A stretch of 64,000 nt of DNA from the IMG/VR virus record IMGVR_UViG_3300037312_000268, positions 1 through 64,000 of that record. One strand, given 5' to 3'. The number at the start of each line of letters is the position of its first letter. Positions within the stretch are counted from its first letter, which is position 1. The DNA is from a virus. Lineage: Duplodnaviria > Caudoviricetes. Below, piece by piece: positions 28,717 through 37,594 of the stretch. Made by a program: the position numbers and the translations under genes. The notes below the pieces were generated by a model. It searched no databases. It worked only from the letters and a program-made list of their open reading frames with translations, and was not told the origin of the DNA.

Positions 28717-29132
28717 TAATAAGCCTTTCCGCCCGCAGCTTCACGGTTTTCCTTCTTGTGATCAGGACGAATAGCATTGAATGCAAGCTTCTCTTCAATA
28801 GCCCCGCCAAGATCAAGATTAAGTGCACCACAAAGGTCCGCGATACGAATTACGGCATCGGCCAGTTCAACTTCCAGCATACTGCGATGTGGCAGCTTGT
28901 CGTCCATAAGATTCTTACGGTGGCCTTCCATACCTTCGCTAACTTCACTGTGGGTGAGGCAAAGTTTCTGTGCAACGAGTGCACCTGCCAGCAGTGCTTG
29001 GAAGTCGTCAAGCGGTTGATTAATCATTTGCTTAAGGTCCATGCCCGTCTTACTGTGATGCCACCAACCAGCATTGTAGGATGCGCCATGGCAGACATCA
29101 ACTAGATTGTTTACTTCATTTTTAATATTCAT
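28716..29132 (-). CDS. MazG-like nucleoside triphosphate pyrophosphohydrolase
   Basis: HSEVSEGMEG.RK and ELAD.VIRI.DL all-alpha NTP-PPase motifs. Confidence 0.8.
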   Translation of the reverse strand: MNIKNEVNNLVDVCHGASYNAGWWHHSKTGMDLKQMINQPLDDFQALLAGALVAQKLCLTHSEVSEGMEGHRKNLMDDKLPHRSMLEVELADAVIRIADLCGALNLDLGGAIEEKLAFNAIRPDHKKENREAAGGKAY

Positions 29133-29323
29133 TTGTTCTCCCAAACCACTTGTTCATACTTTGCCCAATTGCCATCCATGACATACTGAATAGCATCTTC
29201 TAACTTCTCAAAATGCACTGCGCATTCGTCAAAGGTTCCCCAATCGTACATGAAGTGCCAAAAGAACCAACTCTTGTATTGTGGGTAGTAATATTTTCCA
29301 CATTTATAGATACGAGTCTTCAT
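29129..29323 (-). CDS. Hypothetical aromatic-rich protein
   Basis: 64-aa ORF coupled to both neighbours. Confidence 0.55.
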   Translation of the reverse strand: MKTRIYKCGKYYYPQYKSWFFWHFMYDWGTFDECAVHFEKLEDAIQYVMDGNWAKYEQVVWENK

Positions 29324-30271
29324 TTACTTCCCCGTATTCGTAAGGCTGTTATCTTTGTTGTGTATAGAATTGTTACTGCGCGACCTATTCATTTTACCAC
29401 AATCAACGCACTTGTGGATGTCGAATTCGGAAACGCTCGTGTAGTACTTCTTATCAATCACGGTGAGGTGTTCACTGCCGCAACACACACAACGCAGTTT
29501 TCCAGATGGCTCGTACAGTGCTACGTTTGGATGTGTCTTGCTCCAATGACGCAGGCGCATATACACCTCTTCCAACACCACAACATCTTGAATATTGTAC
29601 GTCAGCATCTCTTCAAATGCCTCGTCATCCATCGCCATACAGCGAGTCCACAGTTCAAATCCGCTATGGCTGGCCTTGCGGTGCAGACCGAGATATGCAG
29701 CAATGCTATCAAGACTGTTACTAGGGAAGCGGAACTCTGCCTTAGCAATCTTAAGCGTGTCAACAATCTTACTAGGTGCAGGTGGAGTCATACCAAGGGC
29801 AACCATGCGTGTTTTGATGAGCGGAATGTCAAATTTCTGAGCGTTATGTGCAACACACAGGTCTGCTTGGCTCATCAGGTCGGCAAGCTCTTGCACCAAC
29901 ACTTCATCATTCCGTGCCTCGTAAATTCGATTTGAGATGATTGTAGGCTCACCAAGCCATTTAGCAGAATAAGTCAGCAGATAACCCTCGTGCACAACCT
30001 GCTTTTGGCTAACATTGTTGTCCCAACGGCCCCAAACGTATGCCGTGGTGGGCGCACACTCAATGTCAAGAAGAAGAATCTTTGCTGTGGTGGGAACGTT
30101 ACCCTCAACAGGATCGACATCAACTTTCTTAAATTTAAAATACTTACGCAAGTAGTCACTCACAGTCGATTTGGCAACACCAATCTGACGGCTGATTTCA
30201 CGCCACGACATATCGGGGTTGTCGTTTGCCATCTTCACTGCTGCAACGGTCCACTCTTCTTGTTCAATCAT
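29324..30271 (-). CDS. DnaQ/RNase H-like 3'-5' exonuclease with N-terminal HTH and C-terminal Zn ribbon
   Basis: LLDIE, AHNAQKFD, DTL, YNIQDV (DEDD motifs); SWREISRQIGVAKSTVSD HTH; CVCC...CVDC. Confidence 0.85.
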   Translation of the reverse strand: MIEQEEWTVAAVKMANDNPDMSWREISRQIGVAKSTVSDYLRKYFKFKKVDVDPVEGNVPTTAKILLLDIECAPTTAYVWGRWDNNVSQKQVVHEGYLLTYSAKWLGEPTIISNRIYEARNDEVLVQELADLMSQADLCVAHNAQKFDIPLIKTRMVALGMTPPAPSKIVDTLKIAKAEFRFPSNSLDSIAAYLGLHRKASHSGFELWTRCMAMDDEAFEEMLTYNIQDVVVLEEVYMRLRHWSKTHPNVALYEPSGKLRCVCCGSEHLTVIDKKYYTSVSEFDIHKCVDCGKMNRSRSNNSIHNKDNSLTNTGK

Positions 30272-30489
30272 TCGTATTCCTTCACAACTTCGTCTTCAAG
30301 TTTAACAGGTGCCCTGTCACACGCCTCAAGCATTCTAATAAGATTGCCTTTGATGTCTTCCATAAGCTCCCAACCACTGGCACAAGCAGGCACCCACCCT
30401 TCTAGAACACCCTCTTTATTGTAGTAACACTCAACGATGTCGTAACAATCTTCGTCAACGTTGACAGCAATACGATAGTTCCAACTCAT
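30268..30489 (-). CDS. Hypothetical protein
   Basis: GGAG RBS; MSWNYRI...VECYY family-like start; coupled ORF. Confidence 0.6.
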   Translation of the reverse strand: MSWNYRIAVNVDEDCYDIVECYYNKEGVLEGWVPACASGWELMEDIKGNLIRMLEACDRAPVKLEDEVVKEYE

Positions 30490-31064
30490 GCCATCTCCTC
30501 AATTTTCTTCAGCAAATCTGCCTTCGTGGCCTCGTAATTCGCCACAAGACGTTTGTAGTGCTCAATCGACTGTTCATTCAGCTTGATAGCTTGCTCAAGC
30601 TGAGCGACACGTTCTTTGAAATCGTTCAGTTGGCGTTGTTGTTCGGCCGTGAGTACACGCTTTGTTTGAATAGTCCATATCCCGTCGTTGAGATATTTCT
30701 TAATACCTTTTTCAGTGTAATGCATGTCACTAAGCGACAAACCACTATCAAAATCGAACGCAAACCAGATTTCTCCTATCTTGCGCATTTTCCAATGTCC
30801 GCCAGAGTACGTATTCGTGGCAACAAACTCGCCCGGCAATTCGTTTTGTTTAGGAGGTTCGTCCGCAACAATCCACGCACCCATCTCAACCAAACCTCGT
30901 ACATCACATTCATCAAACACTACACGAGGGATTTCACGAATCTTGTTAGGATACCCTCGTGCCCACTTCACCTCATAATACCCATGACCGTTCTTGGAAC
31001 TCGTATGTGTAAAGCCGGGATATTCTTCAATACGGAATTGAAATTTGTCAGACAGCTTCATCAT
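30486..31064 (-). CDS. Hypothetical protein with C-terminal coiled coil
   Basis: Start moved to ATG 31064 (GGAGG RBS). Confidence 0.55.
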   Translation of the reverse strand: MMKLSDKFQFRIEEYPGFTHTSSKNGHGYYEVKWARGYPNKIREIPRVVFDECDVRGLVEMGAWIVADEPPKQNELPGEFVATNTYSGGHWKMRKIGEIWFAFDFDSGLSLSDMHYTEKGIKKYLNDGIWTIQTKRVLTAEQQRQLNDFKERVAQLEQAIKLNEQSIEHYKRLVANYEATKADLLKKIEEMA

Positions 31065-31233
31065 TTTCCTCCACGATATGTGTACGTTTGTTATCAATCA
31101 TATTTTTCATCTCGTCCTTCGGGAACGCTGCTACATATTCACCTTCGCAATATACTTTATACAAACCGTCTACTAGTGTTGCCTTGTAGAGCGACCGGAA
31201 GCCTTGATAGTGGAAATTGAATTCGTTGGTCAT
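31048..31233 (-). CDS. Hypothetical protein
   Basis: AAGGAG RBS, 61 aa. Confidence 0.55.
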   Translation of the reverse strand: MTNEFNFHYQGFRSLYKATLVDGLYKVYCEGEYVAAFPKDEMKNMIDNKRTHIVEENDEAV

Positions 31234-31297
31234 TGTTGGTTCTCCTTAAGAATGTTGTAGAACGTATTCTACATGGGTTGTTGTGCTGATGCAAGCC

Positions 31298-31831
31298 TTA
31301 TTTTACAGAGCGCAGAATTTGCTCTACAGCCATTCTGCGTTTATCGGGATTGCTCAATTGTGCATCAGTATAGCCGTAGTCATAACAGAAACGCTTCACG
31401 TCACTGACTTTACCTTTACAGATGGCGATGGCTTCTTTCTGCAACTTTGCTTCTTCTTTAGTGTACCCGTGCTTGTCCATTAATGTTTTACAATCATGAC
31501 ACTCATGACACAACACTTGCAAACCCTCAGGGCCGCAGAACAGACGCTCTACAAAGTCGGCAATGTCATCCTTGCAGTTCAGGGCGCCCGCAGGAATTTT
31601 ATGGTCCACTGCCACTTGTTTGCTTTCAAAAAGCATGTCGCATTCTGCACAGACGTAACTCCATTTGCGTCGCTTGTTGTCGCCCTTGTATGGCACTTTC
31701 GCTTTGTCTAGGGCTTCGTAGATGGCAGACCATCGGCGCGACAGCTTTCTTAAACCTGAACGCAACCATACATAGAAATCGACAGGCTTCTTGTCTTTCT
31801 TGGCAGGGGATTTCTTAATACCAGTAGGCAT
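31298..31831 (-). CDS. HNH endonuclease
   Basis: CAEC...VDHKIP...GLQVLCHECH..KT. Confidence 0.85.
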   Translation of the reverse strand: MPTGIKKSPAKKDKKPVDFYVWLRSGLRKLSRRWSAIYEALDKAKVPYKGDNKRRKWSYVCAECDMLFESKQVAVDHKIPAGALNCKDDIADFVERLFCGPEGLQVLCHECHDCKTLMDKHGYTKEEAKLQKEAIAICKGKVSDVKRFCYDYGYTDAQLSNPDKRRMAVEQILRSVK

Positions 31832-32030
31832 ACCCCTCCTTAAGATTCATAAACCTTGCACGCTCATGAGCACGAAGATGGCCCCACCCGTCAAAATCCA
31901 AGAAACGCTTGACAGTTTTGAAGTGCTCGGTAAGCGTGTCAAGAATTTTGTAACCATACCATGTATTGACAACCATGTAGCGGACAGGTTCCGCAAAGAC
32001 GATTCCCTTAGTCATCTCGCGCCACCACAT
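31815..32030 (-). CDS. Hypothetical protein
   Basis: ORF in the tightly packed operon; start uncertain. Confidence 0.45.
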   Translation of the reverse strand: MWWREMTKGIVFAEPVRYMVVNTWYGYKILDTLTEHFKTVKRFLDFDGWGHLRAHERARFMNLKEGYAYWY

Positions 32031-32223
32031 CTGCTAAGTAAGTTGGAAGATACGTTTGTTCCCCTAGCCATTCATGATCGCACGTAATATACTCTGGGAT
32101 AATATCTAGTGCCAGTAAGACCTCATACACACTAAGATTATGTGCTTGCAAGGCAATCTTACCATCAATGTACAAACCTTCCCAGTCGTCTTCGTTCGAT
32201 ACGATGGTAATTTTCTTAGTCAT
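32008..32223 (-). CDS. Hypothetical protein
   Basis: ATGA overlap; DDWEGLYIDG motif. Confidence 0.55.
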   Translation of the reverse strand: MTKKITIVSNEDDWEGLYIDGKIALQAHNLSVYEVLLALDIIPEYITCDHEWLGEQTYLPTYLADVVARDD

Positions 32224-33224
32224 ACCTTCAATCCAAATTTATCAAGTTCTTCATCAAGGATAAACTTGTAGTCCTCACTTGTCATCATGCGGCTCATAAT
32301 ACAGTTTTCGTTCAGCACATACTTCCAATCTACCTCAAACTGATTACCACGCCATCCTGTGATAACACGAGGTTCAGGGTAGAGCTTCTTATACACTTTG
32401 ATAACGGCTTCCCACGCTTCTTTCTCGTTGGCGCAATCCTTCAGTGCCTTATACGCACTCTTCTCTCCCCACCGCTTCTCAGGGCATGCAGAGTTTGCCC
32501 AGTACTCGTCGGAATCATCACCGCTGCACACTTGCATAAGCCACCAGATGTAGCCGTAGCCTTTTACAGCGTCCTTACCGTTGATGTACAACTTACCAAA
32601 GCCATCAATCTTGAAAGGTTCTTCCATGTCGCCATGAATGTAGAACTTAAGATTGTTACCAAAGTAATCCTTGTCAACTCCCGCAAGAATCAGATCAGGA
32701 TCGTTGGTACAATCAATCACACAATGGTCATCTGCCTCAAGACCGCGTTTGATAATACCTTTGTGTGTTGTGATAAGGTACTTCTCAACTTCCTCAAGAT
32801 GCACAGGTTTCACAAGACTGCTACGGCTTCCTTTGTACTTGACAATCGTGGAGGCTTCGACGCGCCAACTGTCACCCTTACCGATGTACCCATAGTACTC
32901 GTCAACACCAAGCTTCTCAACCATATTGTTGATATGATTCTTAACGGACGACAGAATGAATTCTAAAGGCTCCGCTTGTTGCTTGTCTACAAATTCAAAC
33001 TCTTCTAGGGTGAACGGGGGTTTGCCATCCTGCATGCGGGACAAGTTTGTTTCTGCCAGCCAACCCCCATTCTTTTTCTTCCAGTGGCCGTAAAACGATG
33101 TACGATTGTCAAAATTCTTAATACGCCCAGTAGGTTTATGAATCACATCAACCGTACGTTTTTCCCCTGCCGCTCCAATTTGGTACTTAATGTAGTCCAT
33201 GTCAATTAGCAATCTTTTTGCCAT
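32220..33224 (-). CDS. 5'-3' exonuclease / RNase H (T7 gp6-like, FEN family)
   Basis: LIDMDY, YKG.R...KP, LEADD, VDKD, GD.SD acidic motifs. Confidence 0.85.
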   Translation of the reverse strand: MAKRLLIDMDYIKYQIGAAGEKRTVDVIHKPTGRIKNFDNRTSFYGHWKKKNGGWLAETNLSRMQDGKPPFTLEEFEFVDKQQAEPLEFILSSVKNHINNMVEKLGVDEYYGYIGKGDSWRVEASTIVKYKGSRSSLVKPVHLEEVEKYLITTHKGIIKRGLEADDHCVIDCTNDPDLILAGVDKDYFGNNLKFYIHGDMEEPFKIDGFGKLYINGKDAVKGYGYIWWLMQVCSGDDSDEYWANSACPEKRWGEKSAYKALKDCANEKEAWEAVIKVYKKLYPEPRVITGWRGNQFEVDWKYVLNENCIMSRMMTSEDYKFILDEELDKFGLKV

Positions 33225-33227
33225 ATA

Positions 33228-33845
33228 CTACATCTCCTCTCGATAATCGGACGGAAGGCTGTAGACACTCAAAGCATGCAAGACGCGCTCATCTACCGTA
33301 AATTCACCAGTCATAAGCGAATTAAGCCATCGGCGAGCCTCTTGCTCTTTAGCCACCTTATACGCAGTGTAAGCCTCGTCCGGACTTTCAAAGTATCCTA
33401 GGTGCGTATTCTTTCCTCCTATGCAAACTTTGGCACATAATTTACCGACAACGCTGTTATAGTGAACACCCCTTGGAAACTCCCCTCTGCTGCTTCGCTT
33501 ATCAGTAAGAAATTTATTCAATGCTTGTGGCAGATACACGCAAAAATCTTCACAGTAAATCTTGTTATTTTTACACAACAAATCCTTATCTAATTGATAC
33601 CCGTCTTTCCCACCACCCGGTTGTTTTGTGGACCACTCAATGAAGTTGTCTGGATTGCTGAACTGTTCGCTCATCGTGCAGCCCACGTATGTGGGGTACT
33701 TACTTTGCCACTTGCCACCTAACTTGCACCTCTGTCTCATGTCACACCACACTTTGTAAGACCTTGTGAAAAACTGTCTCCCTCCCTCTCTATAAGAGCG
33801 AACCCATTCACCTTTTAGTTTGAAATCTTCAACAATAGTTCCCAT
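33228..33845 (-). CDS. HNH-type homing endonuclease with AP2 domain
   Basis: W..MR.RC, YQLDKD.L..NNKIY....CV..P..LN, LGYF.S..EA..AY; start moved to ATG 33845. Confidence 0.85.
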   Translation of the reverse strand: MGTIVEDFKLKGEWVRSYREGGRQFFTRSYKVWCDMRQRCKLGGKWQSKYPTYVGCTMSEQFSNPDNFIEWSTKQPGGGKDGYQLDKDLLCKNNKIYCEDFCVYLPQALNKFLTDKRSSRGEFPRGVHYNSVVGKLCAKVCIGGKNTHLGYFESPDEAYTAYKVAKEQEARRWLNSLMTGEFTVDERVLHALSVYSLPSDYREEM

Positions 33846-33859
33846 TCTACCCCTCAGGC

Positions 33860-33891
33860 AAAAATGCCCCACACCCTTTCGGATGCAGGGC
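33860..33891 (-). terminator. Rho-independent terminator after ssb
   Basis: - strand GCCCTGCATCC-GAAA-GGGTGTGGGGC then ATTTTT. Confidence 0.7.
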
Positions 33892-33906
33892 AACGCTACT
33901 TACAAC

Positions 33907-34542
33907 TTAAAAAGGTGCTTCGCTCAGGTTTTCTTCCTCGATTTCAGGTTCAGGCTGCTTAGCCTTACTAGCTCGCGCCTTCGTTGCAGATTCTTTGGCC
34001 GCTTCCTTTTTAACAGTCTTGGAACCAAACTCATCCCCTGCTTGACCACCAGTAGACACGTACTCTTTAAAGCCGTCTTCCGTCATAAGAACGTTATTCA
34101 GCTTAGCGAACGTACCGAAGTCGTTGGTGGAGATTCGGTAACTAATCTTACCAAACGAGCCATTAGCAATAAGTCGACTTTCAGTGATGTCAACACGATC
34201 ACCGTTATCATAGTCCACAAACACACGCGGACGATGCTCCGGGTAGAATGGTTCGCCATCTTTCGTAGCGTCTTTCTTTAGTTTGATTTCGTACACGTTC
34301 TTCTCACCCTTCAGATTATCAGGCAGAGCAACTTTGTATTTACCTTCAAACTCACTAGCTTTGATCTTCTTGGCGGGTTGTTTCTTAAAAGTCGAATCCC
34401 AGTTGTCAGCAGTATCTTCATCGACAATGATGCTAATCGTGTATTCAAAGTCTTTCGATTGATACTTCTGCGACGGTTCTGCGATTTTTGCAAAAACAAA
34501 CATACCTTCAACAACACCAAAGTTAGATTTCTTATCAGCCAT
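33907..34542 (-). CDS. Single-stranded DNA-binding protein (T7 gp2.5-like)
   Basis: OB-fold-type N-part, IANGS.G motif, acidic tail ending in F (EEENLSEAPF); lies between polymerase and exonuclease. Confidence 0.75.
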   Translation of the reverse strand: MADKKSNFGVVEGMFVFAKIAEPSQKYQSKDFEYTISIIVDEDTADNWDSTFKKQPAKKIKASEFEGKYKVALPDNLKGEKNVYEIKLKKDATKDGEPFYPEHRPRVFVDYDNGDRVDITESRLIANGSFGKISYRISTNDFGTFAKLNNVLMTEDGFKEYVSTGGQAGDEFGSKTVKKEAAKESATKARASKAKQPEPEIEEENLSEAPF

Positions 34543-34647
34543 TTTGTTTCCTTTTCACTTGATTAATAAATTTACAGCACTTGCGGAATGCCACTTGGCG
34601 ATTCCTCCTATTCACTCTTGAGAATGCAAGAGTGCACATTTCTTACA

Positions 34648-34788
34648 TCACTTGCCCTTCTTATACCGCTCGTAAGCAGTCTTGCCAGAGCGATTCTTAC
34701 CAGTGCGCTCAAAGCAATTCTGGTGCGAACAACACGCACCGCCCATCGCCTTCTTGTCTGCTTCAGTCATAAAATCTTTACGCTGCAT
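34648..34788 (-). CDS. Small hypothetical protein (46 aa, below track cutoff)
   Basis: AAGGAG RBS; MQRKDFMTEADKKAMGGACCSHQNCFERTGKNRSGKTAYERYKKGK. Confidence 0.45.
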   Translation of the reverse strand: MQRKDFMTEADKKAMGGACCSHQNCFERTGKNRSGKTAYERYKKGK

Positions 34789-34810
34789 ATTTATTTCTCC
34801 TTAATTAAAT

Positions 34811-35023
34811 TTAGAACAGCTTCTTACTAAAAAACTTACTCTTGTTTGCGATGTAAACCAACGCTGCAAGAGTTGTCACAACATTGAGAACAGGGCACAG
34901 TGCAAACAGTACAAACCAGAATGCATGTGCAACCGTGACATCCTCTTTATCAGATTTAACAACATAGCAGCATAGGGCAAACACAACAAGACTAAACACA
35001 AGATACACAATCACCGGCGTCAT
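34811..35023 (-). CDS. Two-TM membrane protein
   Basis: Two hydrophobic helices, PVLN motif. Confidence 0.6.
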   Translation of the reverse strand: MTPVIVYLVFSLVVFALCCYVVKSDKEDVTVAHAFWFVLFALCPVLNVVTTLAALVYIANKSKFFSKKLF

Positions 35024-35232
35024 TGCTCGCCTCCCACTTCTTGTGCAGCCGCTTTAAAAGCTAGATAAAACACACCTAGAATAAACAATGTGTTAACAAC
35101 TGGCACTACTGACAGGGCAATGCCCATTACGAGCTTACTGCCTGTAAGTTTCTCCGCTTTGTCTGAGAAGTGTTGATTACAAAGAATCAATATCATGCAC
35201 AACAAAGCGGAGATTAGGTAGAAAATTGTCAT
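35020..35232 (-). CDS. Two-TM membrane protein (paralog of neighbour)
   Basis: Two hydrophobic helices, PVVN motif. Confidence 0.6.
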   Translation of the reverse strand: MTIFYLISALLCMILILCNQHFSDKAEKLTGSKLVMGIALSVVPVVNTLFILGVFYLAFKAAAQEVGGEQ

Positions 35233-35495
35233 GCACCACCTCCTTCATCATAAAGCTTCAAAATTTCTTCTTCAATCAATGCCATCGTCGTACCGCCACA
35301 TAGCCGTGTAATGTCATAATCATCAACAAACACAGCTTCGATAATCACCTCTTCTGGACTCTCAGGCTCATCTGCTGTAGCAGGAATAGCTTGGTAGAAT
35401 CGAAACTCCACTTCTACTAACAACCCCTTGATAATTAACTTGCGGACGAAGAAATTATTTTTGTCGGAATAGCTCAAGAATGTCCTCCCATACAA
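35229..35495 (-). CDS. Hypothetical acidic protein
   Basis: 88-aa ORF coupled to next gene. Confidence 0.5.
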   Translation of the reverse strand: MYGRTFLSYSDKNNFFVRKLIIKGLLVEVEFRFYQAIPATADEPESPEEVIIEAVFVDDYDITRLCGGTTMALIEEEILKLYDEGGGA

Positions 35496-35540
35496 TCAAT
35501 AAGCCAATCTTAACAATCATCCAGCGGTAGGCTAGCTCAT

Positions 35541-35735
35541 TCATTTTGGAGTCACGTTGTAGTGTGCACACACAAATTCGACAACCTCACGAATATCAGA
35601 ATCGTGAATACCTGATGTGTTGCTCCAAACAAAATTACTAATCTCGTCAATCAAAGATTGACTAGTTTCCCACCCTATTGCATCAGCTTCTCGCTCAAAG
35701 ATTGAGCCATCATCAGTTTGCCACACTTGTTTCAT
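35541..35735 (-). CDS. Hypothetical protein
   Basis: GGAGG RBS, KQVWQTDDG.IF motif. Confidence 0.55.
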   Translation of the reverse strand: MKQVWQTDDGSIFEREADAIGWETSQSLIDEISNFVWSNTSGIHDSDIREVVEFVCAHYNVTPK

Positions 35736-35999
35736 TCTGCCTCCAGTTGTTCCATCTTGTCCAATATTCCGAACAATTTATTAATCTCGTATTGCATCAT
35801 ACGATTCTCTTCTTCGTTGGCATTCATTTCGTCTTCTAGAAGATCAATACGATTTTCAATTTCTTGTTTAGTCATACGATGTTCTCAATTCGCTCTCAAG
35901 ATTAATAATTTCGTCGTTAATGTCATAAATTTGATATTGCAGCATCTCGCGCTCTCTACTCAAATTATCTAGACGTTCATAAATCTCTTCTTTCGTCAT
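35732..35999 (-). CDS. Two tandem small coiled-coil ORFs (35868..35999, 43 aa; 35732..35875, 47 aa)
   Basis: MTKEEIYERLDNL... and MTKQEIENRIDLL...; translationally coupled; below track cutoff. Confidence 0.55.
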
Positions 36000-36451
36000 C
36001 ATCCTTCCTTAATTTCAGATGTAGAATTGTACTCCACTTTTTCCTCTGTGTCAACAACAATATCAAAATTCTGTGAGATTTTTGCTCCTTTTAAGAATTC
36101 TTGCTCAGGTGTTGCGAGAAGCCTATCAACCTCGCCCCACATGTTCACCACTGTGCGCATGCTCTTGACGATGGCTTTAGCGTCTTGCGACAGATGGCCA
36201 TGCTTGTTAAGCCAGTTAGCAATCTTGAACGTCTTAGCACGATACCAGTTGTATTGACTGTCACGCTTGGCCAAGACCCCTTTTGGGAAGTCTTCAGCCA
36301 ATACGACGAAATACGGCAGCTTGATTACAATATCTCGGCGCTTATCAACAATTGCCGAGACAACGTGTTGAGCTAGGATTGCATAATCATCTGCTGTCGC
36401 AGCATGTGTAGCTGCTCGCTGCTCTCGTGTTGGCTTATGGCGAGATACCAT
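35999..36451 (-). CDS. Hypothetical protein
   Basis: Start moved to ATG 36451 (TAATG overlap). Confidence 0.55.
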   Translation of the reverse strand: MVSRHKPTREQRAATHAATADDYAILAQHVVSAIVDKRRDIVIKLPYFVVLAEDFPKGVLAKRDSQYNWYRAKTFKIANWLNKHGHLSQDAKAIVKSMRTVVNMWGEVDRLLATPEQEFLKGAKISQNFDIVVDTEEKVEYNSTSEIKEG

Positions 36452-36663
36452 TACAGCATTACAGCCTTTGTAATGTACCCACAATCCTCAGCACTCTCTT
36501 CATCACTTGTCCATTCATCATAAATATTGTGGTCAAGAGATTCTACAAAAATCTCCGAAGGCACGCTCACTTTCTCAGGCGACTGTCCATGATCACAATA
36601 GCCGTACACTTCAAGATTACCATCAAAGTTCTTTAGGTGTGCAATTAGTTCTTTGACCTTCAT
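36451..36663 (-). CDS. Hypothetical protein
   Basis: MKVKELIA.LK..D..LEV start common among phage small proteins. Confidence 0.6.
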   Translation of the reverse strand: MKVKELIAHLKNFDGNLEVYGYCDHGQSPEKVSVPSEIFVESLDHNIYDEWTSDEESAEDCGYITKAVML

Positions 36664-36811
36664 TTCATCTCCACATCGTATAAATTGCCCTCAAGCCCCT
36701 CTGCAATTTCTTGCAACTTCTGCTTCACCCAAATCATAGTAATGCCGTAAACGTCGTCTGAGAAATAGTGCTCAGGAATGTTGTGAATTTGTACGTGAAA
36801 GGTTAATTCCA

Positions 36812-37375
36812 TTATTGCTCCTGTTTACGATTTGGCTTCAGTCCATGTTCTTCAGAATACCCCGCTCCCTCTGAATTTAACCTGCAAATGGCAGAATACC
36901 TTGTGCCACATGTCAACAAAAATGCTACAGTGTCGCCATATTTAGATACAGCAAAGCTTTCTACACTTCTTGTTCCGTCCGCCTCTGTCCAGTATGCTAA
37001 CCAATAAAATTCACCTCTATTCTTTTCATCTAAGGAAACTCCCGGCACGCCACTCCTATTCGTACAATTCCTCTTACTATTCCTTAAATTGATTATCCAA
37101 GGCACTTCTCTTAAATTGGATGCTTTGTTATTATAACTATCTCCGTCGATATGGTCTATCACATTCCCGTCAGCGATCTTCACACGGTTAACCATCTCAT
37201 AAACAATCCTGTGAACCGGGTAAGTTTTGCCGTTGACTGTAACGTACCAGTAATCTCTCGGATGTTTAGTCCCTGTAACAGCATCTTTAGGAGCTTTTAC
37301 ACCACGTTTTACTTTGTTGCGTAAACCACTAGGACTAGTTTCATCGTACTCAAAATAATAGCTCCAATCCATCAA
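36812..37375 (-). CDS. HNH homing endonuclease next to DNA polymerase
   Basis: HRIVY...IDHIDGD..NN...NLREV...N..N, SG..GV. Confidence 0.88.
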   Translation of the reverse strand: MMDWSYYFEYDETSPSGLRNKVKRGVKAPKDAVTGTKHPRDYWYVTVNGKTYPVHRIVYEMVNRVKIADGNVIDHIDGDSYNNKASNLREVPWIINLRNSKRNCTNRSGVPGVSLDEKNRGEFYWLAYWTEADGTRSVESFAVSKYGDTVAFLLTCGTRYSAICRLNSEGAGYSEEHGLKPNRKQEQ

Positions 37376-37390
37376 ATCTCCATAAAATAT

Positions 37391-37594
37391 TTATTCGGGA
37401 TCACTTGATACGTATCCCCGTTGAATGCCACGTCTCGCGTACTTGCGCGTGTGTTCCAAGGCGATTTCGTCGTCCTCCGCTGCATCGAAGCCTTGCTGCC
37501 ATTCTGCATATTGCTCTGTACCTTCATCGTATGGGTTGTTCGTTTTGCCGAAAGCATAGTGCTGATAGCCCTCATAATAAATCTTACTGCGCAT
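37391..37594 (-). CDS. Small protein with ribosome modulation factor-like motif
   Basis: Y.EGY....G...NPY...T..Y.EW..G..AA pattern; starts in polymerase stop (TAATG). Confidence 0.45.
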   Translation of the reverse strand: MRSKIYYEGYQHYAFGKTNNPYDEGTEQYAEWQQGFDAAEDDEIALEHTRKYARRGIQRGYVSSDPE

